A DNA stretch of 64,000 nucleotides from positions 6,989 to 70,988 of the forward strand of contig DASXFX010000063.1 of the NCBI GenBank assembly GCA_036489375.1, read 5' to 3'. The notes under the pieces are model-generated. The model did no database searches. It was not told the DNA's origin and saw only the letters and a program-made list of their open reading frames with translations. Shown here in pieces: positions 9,755-19,540 of this stretch. Positions within the stretch are counted from its first letter, which is position 1; each line of letters starts with the position of its first letter. The stretch is from Candidatus Binataceae bacterium. Its GTDB lineage: Bacteria > Desulfobacterota > Binatia > Binatales > Binataceae. Position numbers and translations under genes: made by a program.

Positions 9755-10837
9755 TCAGGACCGGTGAAGGTCCTGCACGATTTCCTTGAGCACGCCGCGA
9801 TCCTTGTCGTTATGCAGTGGTATCTCGAATGATACTCGATTGATGCCGGCGAAGCGCTTCTTGATCACGGCCGCAATATCCGCGTAGGTTCCCACCGCGG
9901 CAAACGCGTGCACCATTTCGTCAGTCACCACCTTCGCCATATCGTCCCATTTCTGTTGCACCGACAGGCGATGCAATTCCTCAGCCTGCCGCGACCATCC
10001 GTCCAACTCGAAGCTCGAACGATACGATCGCGTTGAGCCATAGAACGCGATGGTTGATTTCATCTTTTCTACAGCACGCGCCAGGGAGTCCTTGTCCGCC
10101 GCGACGCATAGAAATCCGCCGCCGCCAATTTCGAAATTCTTCCATGCCGACTGCGGCCGGCCCGACTTCTCGAAGCCCTTCTGCAGATTCGGAAATGCGA
10201 TTTCGTCCAGGTATCGGCGCGTCACGATTCCGTGCAAGCGGACTCCATCGCAAACTTCGCCGGCGACCTGCAACATCCGCTCCTGGACCGCGGCGATCAA
10301 CACCGGAATGTGCGGTTTCGCGACCGCTGGCGGCGCGAAGTTCGGCGTCATCAGCGAGAGGTTGTAGTGTTCGCTCTTGAAGTTCAGCGGCGCGCCGGTC
10401 TGCCACGAATGCCAGCACGCGCGCATTGCGCCGACGTAATCTTTCATTCGCTGCGCCGGCTTCGACCACGGCATCCCAAAGCGCCGCGTCACGTGTCCCT
10501 TTACTTGCGAGCCGAGCCCCAGCACCAGCCGTCCGCCGCTCATCGTATGCAGGTCCCACGCAATGTACGCGGTCGCCACCGGGCTCTTCGTGAACGCCAG
10601 CGCGATCCCGGTACTTAGCTCGATCGGCGAAGGTTCCTGCGCCGCAATCGCCAATGCGAGAAACGGATCGTGCTGCGTCTCGACCGCGACTGCCGTGTCG
10701 TATCCAAGTTCCGTCGCCTCGCGCACCTGATCGCGCAGCGTGTCCCAGCGCGGCTGCGGACGCTTACCGCCCTTGTCCATCTCGGGCGTATAGGCAACGC
10801 CCCAGTTAAGAACCTTTTCGATCTTGGTCGTAGTCAT
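9755..10837 (-). CDS. LLM-class (luciferase-like) flavin/F420-dependent oxidoreductase
   Basis: Luciferase-like monooxygenase fold throughout (TELGYDTAVAVETQHDPFLALAIAAQ and related blocks). The F420 versus FMN cofactor cannot be decided from sequence. Confidence 0.8.
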   Translation of the reverse strand: MTTTKIEKVLNWGVAYTPEMDKGGKRPQPRWDTLRDQVREATELGYDTAVAVETQHDPFLALAIAAQEPSPIELSTGIALAFTKSPVATAYIAWDLHTMSGGRLVLGLGSQVKGHVTRRFGMPWSKPAQRMKDYVGAMRACWHSWQTGAPLNFKSEHYNLSLMTPNFAPPAVAKPHIPVLIAAVQERMLQVAGEVCDGVRLHGIVTRRYLDEIAFPNLQKGFEKSGRPQSAWKNFEIGGGGFLCVAADKDSLARAVEKMKSTIAFYGSTRSYRSSFELDGWSRQAEELHRLSVQQKWDDMAKVVTDEMVHAFAAVGTYADIAAVIKKRFAGINRVSFEIPLHNDKDRGVLKEIVQDLHRS

Positions 10838-10944
10838 TCTTGGGTTTATCCCGTTTCACCAATCGCGCTGTCAAGCTCATGGCTCCCAGGCGCATAAGTC
10901 GAGGCGTTGCAAGGGCGCTGAAGCCCTGCGATTATTCTAACCGC

Positions 10945-11397
10945 GTGAAACTGACGAAACTCCGCACAATTTTGTTTGTTGTCGCGCTCGCGATCGGAGC
11001 GGCCATCGCGGCCGGATCGATGTTCGCGCCCGGTTGCAGCCTCGTCCGTGGTACCGAGGTCGTAACCGTATCGACCGCCGATCTCAGTCGCGGCTCGGCC
11101 CGGTTCTTTTGCTACCGCGTTCCTTCCGGTGATTTGATTCGCTTCGTGCTCGCACGCGGAGACGACGGCGTGGTTCGCTCGGTGTTCGACGCGTGCCGGC
11201 AATGCTACCGCTTTCACAAGGGCTTCACTGTCGCCGACGGCTATCTCATCTGCCGGTTGTGCGGAAATCGTTACAAGCTCGACCAGGTGCATCAGGGACT
11301 GGCATCGTGCCAACCACTTCAACTGGAAACCACTCAGCACGGCGATAAGGTTCAGGTCAGGGTCGCGGCCCTAGAACAGGGTCACTCACTATTTTGA
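10945..11397 (+). CDS. membrane protein with paired CxxC motifs (DUF2318/FtrD-like, metal-transport associated)
   Basis: N-terminal TM helix (ILFVVALAIGAAIAAG) followed by CRQC...CRLC. The family assignment is from memory of the DUF2318 pattern. The start is chosen at a GTG, leaving a divergent promoter gap. Confidence 0.5.
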   Translation: MKLTKLRTILFVVALAIGAAIAAGSMFAPGCSLVRGTEVVTVSTADLSRGSARFFCYRVPSGDLIRFVLARGDDGVVRSVFDACRQCYRFHKGFTVADGYLICRLCGNRYKLDQVHQGLASCQPLQLETTQHGDKVQVRVAALEQGHSLF

Positions 11398-11705
11398 ATT
11401 TGAAGCGCGAAAATGCTCCGCTGATTGCGCAGATTTTGGTAATCGCGCTTTTGTTCGGAAGCCTGCCGATCGCAGCCAGTCCGATAATTCTGCACCATGA
11501 ATCGGTGCCGGTATTTAACCTCGATATATGCACGCCGCTATCGTCTTTCGCGATCGGTGCAGCCGCCCGTTCGTTGCCAATACTTTCTACGTTCTCAGTC
11601 GCAGTTATGATCGAGCATCATCGATTGGTGTCGGACTCGATTCCTTCGACGGCTGATCGCGCCTTCGATGCGCCCGATCCGCCTCCACCTAAGTCTCTCG
11701 TCTGA
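11394..11705 (+). CDS. small hypothetical membrane protein
   Basis: TTG start overlapping the upstream stop, one TM helix and two HH pairs. The region is visibly lower-GC. The call is weak. Confidence 0.3.
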   Translation: MNLKRENAPLIAQILVIALLFGSLPIAASPIILHHESVPVFNLDICTPLSSFAIGAAARSLPILSTFSVAVMIEHHRLVSDSIPSTADRAFDAPDPPPPKSLV

Positions 11706-11891
11706 TCTCACTCCTCAGCACCTATAGCTCCACAGGCATCAGCGCTTAGCGCGAATCATCGCTCATGCGTGACGCCTCGAACGACGATTTTCGTCATCTC
11801 AATTTTTGACGACTCGCACAACGTCGGAGCCAAGGGACTTGGCGAATAAATGTGCGCGATGCGCAGCAATCGATAGGAGAGGCAGTTAATC

Positions 11892-12812
11892 ATGAGATGG
11901 CTTTGCGGCCTTGCGATGTTTTTCGCGGCCTTGTTATTCACTCGGGCGGCCCTCGCCCATGGAGTCGTTGGCGACTACGTTTTCCTCGAACCACTTATTA
12001 CTCAGGATCCTACTCCGGCCAACGAGTTGGATATTCTCGGACCCTCATGGGTCAAGAGCAGCGACGCGAACACTTACGCGATTTCGTCCGCGATCGAAAA
12101 GGTCCTTTATCTCGACGATAACCACATGCCGAGGTTCAGCGTCGGTGGCGGCACCAACTGGAGTCACGCGTCCACCTTCGAGGGTCCCAGTCGCGATGGG
12201 TGGGATAATCTCGAGATGTTCGCGAAGTTTTCGCCTTATTACTCGCTCGAACACGAATTTCTGGTTTCGTTCGTCCTGAACCTTCAACTGCCGACTGGCA
12301 ACCAGGCCGTCGAAGAACAGAATCATACGAGTATCGGCCCGGGCTTTCTCTGGGAGAAAGGCATGGGCGATCTCCCTAACTGGAAAGGAATCAAATATCT
12401 CCGGCCGTTCGGTATTCAGAGTGATTTCGGCTATGTCCCGGCAGTCGGCGGACATACCAGTCACGATATGTTTGCCGACGCGACTATCGAGTATTCGCTG
12501 CCCTACCTCAGCAACAACGTCAAGGACATCGGGCTGAACTGGCCCTTGCGGAATCTCTATCTATTCAACGAGATCAATTACGATCAGTTAATTACGGGTC
12601 CTTCGGGAGAGACCTTTCCGAGCTTACTGGCGACTCCCGGTATTGCCTACGTCAGTTACCACTTCGAACTCAGTATCGGCACCCAGTTCGCCTTGAATCA
12701 GGCCTCGGTCTCGGGCAACCATGCCGCGATCCTGGGGCTTCTCGATATCTTCTATGACTCGATCTTCACTAAGGTCGGCAACTGGACAATCAACAAAGGA
12801 TTCGGTCAATGA
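11892..12812 (+). CDS. secreted beta-rich protein with histidine as predicted mature N-terminus (putative outer-membrane beta-barrel; CopB-position protein)
   Basis: Signal peptide ...TRAALA/HGVV. Alternating amphipathic strands (YVSYHFELSIGTQFAL, IEYSLPYL). The stop overlaps the copC start as ATGA. Gene GC is visibly lower than the surroundings. Confidence 0.6.
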   Translation: MRWLCGLAMFFAALLFTRAALAHGVVGDYVFLEPLITQDPTPANELDILGPSWVKSSDANTYAISSAIEKVLYLDDNHMPRFSVGGGTNWSHASTFEGPSRDGWDNLEMFAKFSPYYSLEHEFLVSFVLNLQLPTGNQAVEEQNHTSIGPGFLWEKGMGDLPNWKGIKYLRPFGIQSDFGYVPAVGGHTSHDMFADATIEYSLPYLSNNVKDIGLNWPLRNLYLFNEINYDQLITGPSGETFPSLLATPGIAYVSYHFELSIGTQFALNQASVSGNHAAILGLLDIFYDSIFTKVGNWTINKGFGQ

Positions 12813-13183
12813 GCGCGAGGAAGCTGCTTACTGTCGCAGTTCCACTAGTAATCGCATTAGTGAGTGCGACTCGGATGACTTGGGCGCACTCGTTCCCCGA
12901 ACAGGAGAATCCTGCTGCAGGTGCGACCCTCGCCGCGCCTCCGGCCCAGGTTACCATCAAGTACGATGCTCCTATCGAGAAGCTCTTCGATTCGCTGCAG
13001 GTGCTGGATTCTACCGGCCAGGACAAGGCCGCCGGATCGCCGCAGGTTAGTGCCGACGGATACCAGCTCTCCGTCCCGGTCGCCAAGCTGACTCCGGGCG
13101 ATTATACCGTCAAATGGCGCGTAGTCTGCGTCGATACCCATCACACCGAGGGTTCCTACACCTTCACCGTCAATAATCCATGA
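12809..13183 (+). CDS. copC: copper chaperone CopC family protein
   Basis: Signal peptide then mature HSFPE (N-terminal His Cu ligand). CopC beta-sandwich length. Lies immediately upstream of copD. Confidence 0.85.
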   Translation: MSARKLLTVAVPLVIALVSATRMTWAHSFPEQENPAAGATLAAPPAQVTIKYDAPIEKLFDSLQVLDSTGQDKAAGSPQVSADGYQLSVPVAKLTPGDYTVKWRVVCVDTHHTEGSYTFTVNNP

Positions 13184-13196
13184 TCGTAACCACCAC

Positions 13197-14249
13197 ATGA
13201 ACATGTCCGCGATGGACATGACGCCGGAGTGGCCGGCCGCGCTATTGGCGTGGCCGGTCATACTCGCGCAGGCGCTCATATTTGGCAGCGCCCTCTTCTG
13301 CCTATTGCTCAACTGGTCCGCCGCGCGCCATCCACGAAGCGGCGAAGCGTTGGCAGCGTCGCTGCTCGGATGGTGGCGTATCCTTGCGCTGATAGTCGCA
13401 TTGGTCTCGCCGATCATGTTCGTCAACGAAGTCGCCGGGATGGCGGGCGTAAGTATCCGCGCAGCTTTACCGCTGCTGGGCGAGGTGCTTTCGCAGACGC
13501 AATCCGGACACACCTGGGAATGGCGCTTGCCTGCCGCTGTTGCCCTGATGGTCGTCACATGGTTGCCACTTCGCGAGGCCGCGCGCTCACTCGCACTGGT
13601 TATCCTTTGTGCAGGGCTACTTCTGTTAGGCAGCCTCAAGAGCCACGCGATCGACTTCGGCGCAACCGCAGTAGTAGTGCGCTTCGTCCATGCACTTGCG
13701 GCAGGCGCGTGGGCCGGCTCGCTCTTCGCTTACTGGGTCGGTGCGCGTCTGCACAACGACGACAATCGCGTTAGCGTCGAAGCCGCGAAAATCCTGTCAC
13801 GCCAGGCCGCCTGGTCGGTCTCAATTCTAATTGCGAGCGGAATCTATATCGCGTACGAGGGTCTCGGGCACAGCTTGTATCACTTACTTTATTCTTCGTA
13901 TGGACGAGTCCTTTCGATCAAAGTTGAAGTGTTCGCCCTGGTCCTCATGATCGGTGCCTATAACCGCTTCTACTTGATCCCCGCGCTCGATCAACCGTCC
14001 GCGCGCCGAACTCTTTTGCGCGCCGTCGGAGCCGAATCGCTGATGATTGTAGGTGTGATCGGCCTCGCCGCCCTGCTATCCAACACGCCGCCGGCGCGCA
14101 TGTCGATGTCGATGAGTGCGACCGGAGTGAAGGCACCGGTAACTAAGCTCTCGAAAAACAGCGGCACTCAGGCTGGGGCCGCCATCGCCCAACGGCACGA
14201 TCCGAACGCTCTACACAAGTTTATTGGCTTATTTACGATTCGCGATTGA
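13197..14249 (+). CDS. copD: copper resistance/transport protein CopD (membrane)
   Basis: Polytopic membrane protein of about 350 aa with His-containing helices, directly following copC. Confidence 0.8.
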   Translation: MNMSAMDMTPEWPAALLAWPVILAQALIFGSALFCLLLNWSAARHPRSGEALAASLLGWWRILALIVALVSPIMFVNEVAGMAGVSIRAALPLLGEVLSQTQSGHTWEWRLPAAVALMVVTWLPLREAARSLALVILCAGLLLLGSLKSHAIDFGATAVVVRFVHALAAGAWAGSLFAYWVGARLHNDDNRVSVEAAKILSRQAAWSVSILIASGIYIAYEGLGHSLYHLLYSSYGRVLSIKVEVFALVLMIGAYNRFYLIPALDQPSARRTLLRAVGAESLMIVGVIGLAALLSNTPPARMSMSMSATGVKAPVTKLSKNSGTQAGAAIAQRHDPNALHKFIGLFTIRD

Positions 14250-14293
14250 CTTGCTGTAGGTAAGCTTGATCGTCATCGACCGCTAAGCTTGAC

Positions 14294-15541
14294 TCAGGAC
14301 AGGAGGCATCCAGGCGCCGGAAAGCGGCGGCAGAATTCGATCACTTGGGAATTCACCCGCGCGATAGCCGCCTCGTCGTCGGCTTGCGCAACCACCTCGT
14401 CGATCCACGCACCCACTTGCTTCATCTCGGCCTCGCCCATACCGCGAGAAGTCACCGCCGGCGTGCCTATTCGCACTCCACTAGGACTGAACGGTTTGCG
14501 CGGATCGTAAGGCACCGTGTTCGAGTTGCAAATGATCCCAGCCCGATCGAGTGCTTGTGCTGCCTTCTTGCCGATGATCTTCTTGTTCGTGAGATCGATC
14601 AGTATCAGATGATTGTCGGTACCGCCTGACACCAGGTTGAATCCGCGCGCAGTCAGTTCCGCCGCTAACGCCTTGGCGTTGCGCACAACCTGGTGGCCAT
14701 ATTCTTTGAACGCCGGCGTCGCAGCTTCCTTGAGCGCCACCGCGATCGCCGCCGTCGTATGATTGTGCGGACCGCCTTGCAACCCGGGGAAGACCGCCTT
14801 GTCGATCTTCTCCGCCAATTCCTTGCGGCACATGATCATCGCTCCGCGCGGACCGCGCAGGGTCTTGTGCGTCGTCGTCATCACGACGTCCGCGTAAGGC
14901 ATCGGATCGGGATGAGCTCCTGCGACGATCAGGCCGGAAATGTGCGAAATGTCCGCCAGCAGATACGCGCCGACCTCCTTCGCGATATCGCCGAAAATCT
15001 TGAAGTCGAACCGCCGCGGGTAAGCAGTCGCGCCGGTGACGATGATCTTAGGACGCTCCTTGCGCGCCAGATCGCGAATCACATCGTAGTCGATTCGCTG
15101 GGTCTCGCGATCAACCACGTAGTGCACCGGCCGCCAGAACGATCCTGTTATGCTGACGTTCCATCCGTGAGTCAGATGACCGCCATGCGGTAACGAGAGA
15201 CCCATGATCGTGTCGCCCGGCTGTAGGAGCGCAAAGTAAATTGCGAGGTTCGCCGGCGATCCCGAGTAAGGCTGCACGTTGACGTGCTCGGCGCCAAAGA
15301 GCGCCTTGGCGCGCTCGATCGCAATCGTTTCGATCTCGTCGATATAGCGCTGACCCTGGTAGTAGCGTTTGTGTGGGTAGCCCTCGGAGTACTTGTTGGT
15401 CAGCACCGAACCGGTCGCGTCGAGCACCGCCTGCGAGACATAGTTCTCCGACGGGATCAGTCGGATCGACTCAATCTGATAGCGCTCCTCGTCCTTGATC
15501 AGCTTGTAAATCTCGGGGTCGGTTTGCTTCAGTTGATCCAC
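14294..15541 (-). CDS. glyA: serine hydroxymethyltransferase
   Basis: Full-length match to the SHMT pattern (LIPSENYVS, PLP-lysine region TTHKTLRGPRG). Confidence 0.95.
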   Translation of the reverse strand: MDQLKQTDPEIYKLIKDEERYQIESIRLIPSENYVSQAVLDATGSVLTNKYSEGYPHKRYYQGQRYIDEIETIAIERAKALFGAEHVNVQPYSGSPANLAIYFALLQPGDTIMGLSLPHGGHLTHGWNVSITGSFWRPVHYVVDRETQRIDYDVIRDLARKERPKIIVTGATAYPRRFDFKIFGDIAKEVGAYLLADISHISGLIVAGAHPDPMPYADVVMTTTHKTLRGPRGAMIMCRKELAEKIDKAVFPGLQGGPHNHTTAAIAVALKEAATPAFKEYGHQVVRNAKALAAELTARGFNLVSGGTDNHLILIDLTNKKIIGKKAAQALDRAGIICNSNTVPYDPRKPFSPSGVRIGTPAVTSRGMGEAEMKQVGAWIDEVVAQADDEAAIARVNSQVIEFCRRFPAPGCLLS

Positions 15542-15609
15542 GCAGTTCCTCCGGCTATACGCTCGCTAAAATCCTATCGGCACGGTTCCCACAAAGCAAA
15601 AATGGCCGG

Positions 15610-16977
15610 CTATTGAAGGTCTGCCGGAGTGACCTTCTTGAGCCACCCGCGATAGTCGCCTTCGTATCCGACCTCGGCTTGGCGCTTGCGCACCCGCGCC
15701 ATGATTTCGGCGATCTTCGGCGCCGCGACCAGTTCGCGCGCGTCGATACTCTTGGCCATCTGCAGGCCTTCGCGATGCGCTTCTTCCCGCATCGCTTCGG
15801 TAAGTGGTTCCCCGCGCTTGACGTCGCTGAGGCCCAGGTACTGCTCCGCGACATGAGTGCCAATCTCAGTGCCGCTGACCAGCGAATCCTTGATGTTGCC
15901 CTTGCCCGTGAGCACGTTACCGGCGGCATAAATGCCGGTCGTTCCCTCTATCAGGAGACCCACCGCCGCATCGACATACTGATAGACCTCGCCTCGCTGC
16001 GGAATCCCGGGAATCGGTTCCGGGATGCTGCCGATTGAACTGATCGTCATCGGCGCGCGCACCGGCTGTCCGGAATCGGGAATCGTCCGAACCTTGCCGT
16101 CGGCGGCCTCGGTGCGGCTCATCAGAACTCCCGCCATTCGATCGCCTTCGACGACCAGCCCGGTGGGCACGCTGAGTTCATTAAACTCGAAGAGGAATTT
16201 ACGCTGAGCCTTGTCGAGAATTTTCGCCCGCGCCTGCCGCATCGCCTCGGCGCGCTTTGGCGTCGCATCCGGCGCGATGTCCGACAGCGGCATATCGAGT
16301 ACCCGCCGCCGGTAATAGAGCCTGCATGGCGCGACGCCGAGTTCCGCATACGTGAGATTGTGATTCTTGAGCACGGGATCGATTCCCTCGCGCTCCAGCT
16401 TCAGCATGTCCTCCGTGATCCCACGCTCCTTCAAGGCCTTCAGCGTCATCTCGATTTGCAGCACCTTGACGACGTCGATTGACGCGAGGCCGCCGCCGAC
16501 CACGGTCGTGCCGGGGCTGAGCTCGTAGCGCGGACCGTTATAGGTCGCTTCGGGATAATGGTTGAACCAGTAAATCAACGGGTTCTGATAGACCAGTCCG
16601 CGATCGACGAACTGGTCTGCGCCTTCGACCGGAAAGGGCCGGTCGCGCCACGCGCCATTGGTCAGCACCACGGCGCTCAGTCCCCAGGCCTCGCGCAGTT
16701 CCGCGAAATCGATATCGCGCCCCATCCGCGTCAGCGGTACATAATGAATCTTCGGATGGTCGAGGCGCTTGTTGATTTCCTCGTATTCGTCACGCCGTTG
16801 CTTGACGTGCCAGCGCGGCAGACCATCCTCGATCTTCCCATACGGCCGCGGATTCTGCTCGAAGACGATAACCGTCGCGCGCCGCTCGGCCAGGATCCGC
16901 GCTATTTCAGAGCCCGAGGTCGCCGCCCCGATGACCGCGACGACGTGCGCCGGTTCGTAGGATACGCTTTCACTCAT
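15610..16977 (-). CDS. FAD/NAD(P)-binding oxidoreductase (FprA/adrenodoxin-reductase-like)
   Basis: N-terminal dinucleotide fold (VAVIGAATSGSEIA) and a second NAD(P) fold (VVGGGLASIDV). The start is at MSESV. Confidence 0.7.
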   Translation of the reverse strand: MSESVSYEPAHVVAVIGAATSGSEIARILAERRATVIVFEQNPRPYGKIEDGLPRWHVKQRRDEYEEINKRLDHPKIHYVPLTRMGRDIDFAELREAWGLSAVVLTNGAWRDRPFPVEGADQFVDRGLVYQNPLIYWFNHYPEATYNGPRYELSPGTTVVGGGLASIDVVKVLQIEMTLKALKERGITEDMLKLEREGIDPVLKNHNLTYAELGVAPCRLYYRRRVLDMPLSDIAPDATPKRAEAMRQARAKILDKAQRKFLFEFNELSVPTGLVVEGDRMAGVLMSRTEAADGKVRTIPDSGQPVRAPMTISSIGSIPEPIPGIPQRGEVYQYVDAAVGLLIEGTTGIYAAGNVLTGKGNIKDSLVSGTEIGTHVAEQYLGLSDVKRGEPLTEAMREEAHREGLQMAKSIDARELVAAPKIAEIMARVRKRQAEVGYEGDYRGWLKKVTPADLQ

Positions 16978-17214
16978 AAGTCCATTACTCTCCACGCCGC
17001 CCGCCGGCGATGGTCCTTCCGCGATTTCGCTGGCGCAGTCCTGCCGCACCGAGATCTTTCAGCGCGGCATCCCGCACGGCCGCTTCCATAAGCGGCCGCC
17101 CATGTTTTGTATCACAAGCCGAGCTCCAACTTTCAACATCCCGCCGTGATCGCGCGATCGTATTATCGGACACGGCTTGCGTGTTCGATCGTCGCATGTT
17201 TTCCTGAACGCCTG

Positions 17215-17898
17215 ATGGCGTTGTCCCAGAAGTCTTTCCTCTCGTGGCTGTTCGCCGCCACAGTCTGCATGCTCTCCGCGTTCGCCGGATGTTATGTCGG
17301 CACGCGCCATCAGGCCGAGCATTGGACCGCGGCCGACACTACCCTCGGCGAAGAACACGAAATCCCCTACCCCCAGACCACCGCGCGCGAGCTCACCGAG
17401 GACGCGCTGCGCGGAGACGGGATACTCTTCGAACGCCAGCCCGACGATTCGATTATCACGATGTGGCGCAACGCCGACTTGAACACCCCCAGCAGCTCGT
17501 TCTCCCTCTTCGTCAATACGCCGCCGCGCTATCGATACGAAATTCAGATTCTGCCCGAAGGCGCCCGTAAGAGTAAAATAATCGTCAACGTCCGCACCGA
17601 AAGCATCCCCGACGATCAGCTCGCCAGCTACAAGGCGAGTAGTCGCTTCGCGCTCTTCAAGGAAATCGATGAGCTCGCATCAAAGGCTCCGCCCCCCTCC
17701 AGCACGCCTGCGAGCGGCGGGGTCAACTTCACTCTTTTGCCTAACGAAGATTTGAAGGCGCTCGCCAAACGCTCGACCGGCAATGCGAATAATTGGCAGG
17801 AAATTGCCAAAGACAACGGGCTTTCCTCGCCCACCGACGTCACGCCCTTCGAGAACGTGTGGGTGCCCAACAACTTGCTCAAGCGCGGTACGCCGTGA
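17215..17898 (+). CDS. hypothetical lipoprotein
   Basis: Signal peptide with lipobox (LSAFAGC). No recognisable catalytic motif. Confidence 0.5.
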   Translation: MALSQKSFLSWLFAATVCMLSAFAGCYVGTRHQAEHWTAADTTLGEEHEIPYPQTTARELTEDALRGDGILFERQPDDSIITMWRNADLNTPSSSFSLFVNTPPRYRYEIQILPEGARKSKIIVNVRTESIPDDQLASYKASSRFALFKEIDELASKAPPPSSTPASGGVNFTLLPNEDLKALAKRSTGNANNWQEIAKDNGLSSPTDVTPFENVWVPNNLLKRGTP

Positions 17899-17994
17899 GC
17901 GACGTGCCGTATCGATCTCACTCGAATGACGCGATGGAACGCGATCGCATAAGTGCGGCAGGCACCATGCTCCTACCAGATGATTTGTGAGGGT

Positions 17995-18311
17995 CTATTC
18001 GCTGGCCGAAAGCGTGCCTGCGTCGTCGTACTCCGGGCACAAGCCCGAAGGACTCACCGCCGCCACCACCGCCAGGAATTGTTCGAAAGTCATATGCAGG
18101 TTAAGAAAGCCGCCTTGGCAAAATACCCAGCCGTAATAGTCGAGGATTTCGTCCGGAATCACCAACGGCAGGCGCGGCAGCGTCGATACCGTCGGAAACC
18201 GTCGCGGCTCCTCGACCCTCGGCAGTTCGATCGCGAACGGGGCGCGCGCGTCTTCCTCAATCGCACCTTCATCCCTGAGCGGAACCACTTTACGTCTGGA
18301 GCCTTGCGCCA
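17995..18311 (-). CDS. hypothetical protein
   Basis: Preferred over the overlapping Arg-rich plus-strand ORF on composition grounds; no motif recognised. Confidence 0.25.
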
Positions 18312-18493
18312 TGACCAGAAGGGCCTCCTCTATCACCTGCCGACCGCCAAGCCCTATACTATTAGCGTTTCGGCTCCCTGCCAAGCGCATTTGCGCTCGC
18401 ATCGCAATGTTTTAATCATGGATTAGCCAGTTAAAGAGCTGCTTGGAACTCTTTGCATGCACTAGTAACGATTTCGACTAAATAAGGATTCCC

Positions 18494-18607
18494 ATGGCGA
18501 CTTCTTCCGGCTTCGAAGCGATTGTCCTCGGCGCGGTCCAGGGCCTGGCCGAGTTCCTCCCGATCTCGAGTTCCGCCCGCCTGATGGCGCTTGGGGTTGC
18601 GTTTTAG
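18494..18607 (+). pseudogene. truncated remnant (37 codons) of an undecaprenyl-diphosphatase (UppP/BacA) N-terminus
   Basis: MATSSGFEAIVLGAVQGLAEFLPISSSARLMALGVAF* aligns to the UppP N-terminal signature xxLGxxQGxxEFLPISSxxHL and then stops. It keeps its own AAGGA RBS and has surrounding-level high GC. Confidence 0.6.
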
Positions 18608-18679
18608 CTCGATCAAACCTCATCGCAAATACGAAAAATCAGCGAATGACCTTTGCCGCCAGGAGGAAACGACCAGCCG

Positions 18680-19540
18680 ATGCTTTCTTTTCTTCAAGCC
18701 GCCATTCTGGGAATTTTACAGGGAATCTCGGAGCTCTTTCCGATTTCGAGCCTTGGCCACAGCATTCTTCTACCCCACATCCTGGGGTGGAATATCGATC
18801 AGAACGCTAACTATTTTCTAAGTTTTCTCGTTGCGACTCATTTTGCAACGGCCGTGGTCCTTTTCTTCTTCTACTGGAGCGATTGGATGCGCATTATCTC
18901 GGGAATTTTGCGCTCCGTCAGGCTGAGAAAAATAGCATCGGATCCCGACGCGACATTAGGGTGGCTGCTCGTCGTCGGTACTGTTCCCGCCGGAATTATC
19001 GGAGTTCTATTCCAAAAAAAGGTGCAGGAACTTTTCACTGCGCCGCTCTATGTTGCAGCGTTTCTCACCTTAAATGGGGTCCTGCTCCTGATTGCGGATC
19101 TCCTCCGGAAAAGGTCAAAACGCAGAGCCGGGGTGCTCGACGCTGACGAGCGCCTCGCGGCGGAACTTTCGTGGCGGCAGTCAACCGGAGTGGGCGTGAT
19201 GCAGGTTCTCGCATTGCTGCCCGGATTCTCACGAACAGGATCGACAATCGCTGGAGGGCTGATGGTCGGTCTGGCTCATGAAGATGCGCTCCGCTTCTCC
19301 TTCCTGCTGGCAACTCCGATAATCGCAGCCGCAGCCGCACTAAAGCTCCCAATCCTGATCGCCTCCAGAAATGGCAGGGCGATCGAGACTGCTCTCTTAG
19401 GTGCGGCGTGCGCTGCAATTGCGGCTTATTTTTCCGTGAAATTCTTAACCAAGTATTTCAAGACGAGAACGCTGCTTCCGTTCGCCATATATTGTTTGCT
19501 CACCGGAGCCGTCACTATGGCGCTCTTGTCTTTTAAGTGA
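18680..19540 (+). CDS. uppP: undecaprenyl-diphosphatase
   Basis: Full-length UppP (ILGILQGISELFPISSLGHSIL, PGFSRTGSTIAGGL). The gene is visibly lower-GC than its flanks. Confidence 0.9.
   Translation: MLSFLQAAILGILQGISELFPISSLGHSILLPHILGWNIDQNANYFLSFLVATHFATAVVLFFFYWSDWMRIISGILRSVRLRKIASDPDATLGWLLVVGTVPAGIIGVLFQKKVQELFTAPLYVAAFLTLNGVLLLIADLLRKRSKRRAGVLDADERLAAELSWRQSTGVGVMQVLALLPGFSRTGSTIAGGLMVGLAHEDALRFSFLLATPIIAAAAALKLPILIASRNGRAIETALLGAACAAIAAYFSVKFLTKYFKTRTLLPFAIYCLLTGAVTMALLSFK

Noticed and set aside
14250-14293. Direct repeat TAAGCTTGA x2 downstream of glyA (possible terminator).
   Set aside because: There is no stable stem or T-run; it is probably coincidental.
17953-18426. Plus-strand 157-aa ORF.
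   Set aside because: The composition is Arg/His-rich and low-complexity. The antisense minus-strand ORF is more protein-like, although itself only weakly supported.
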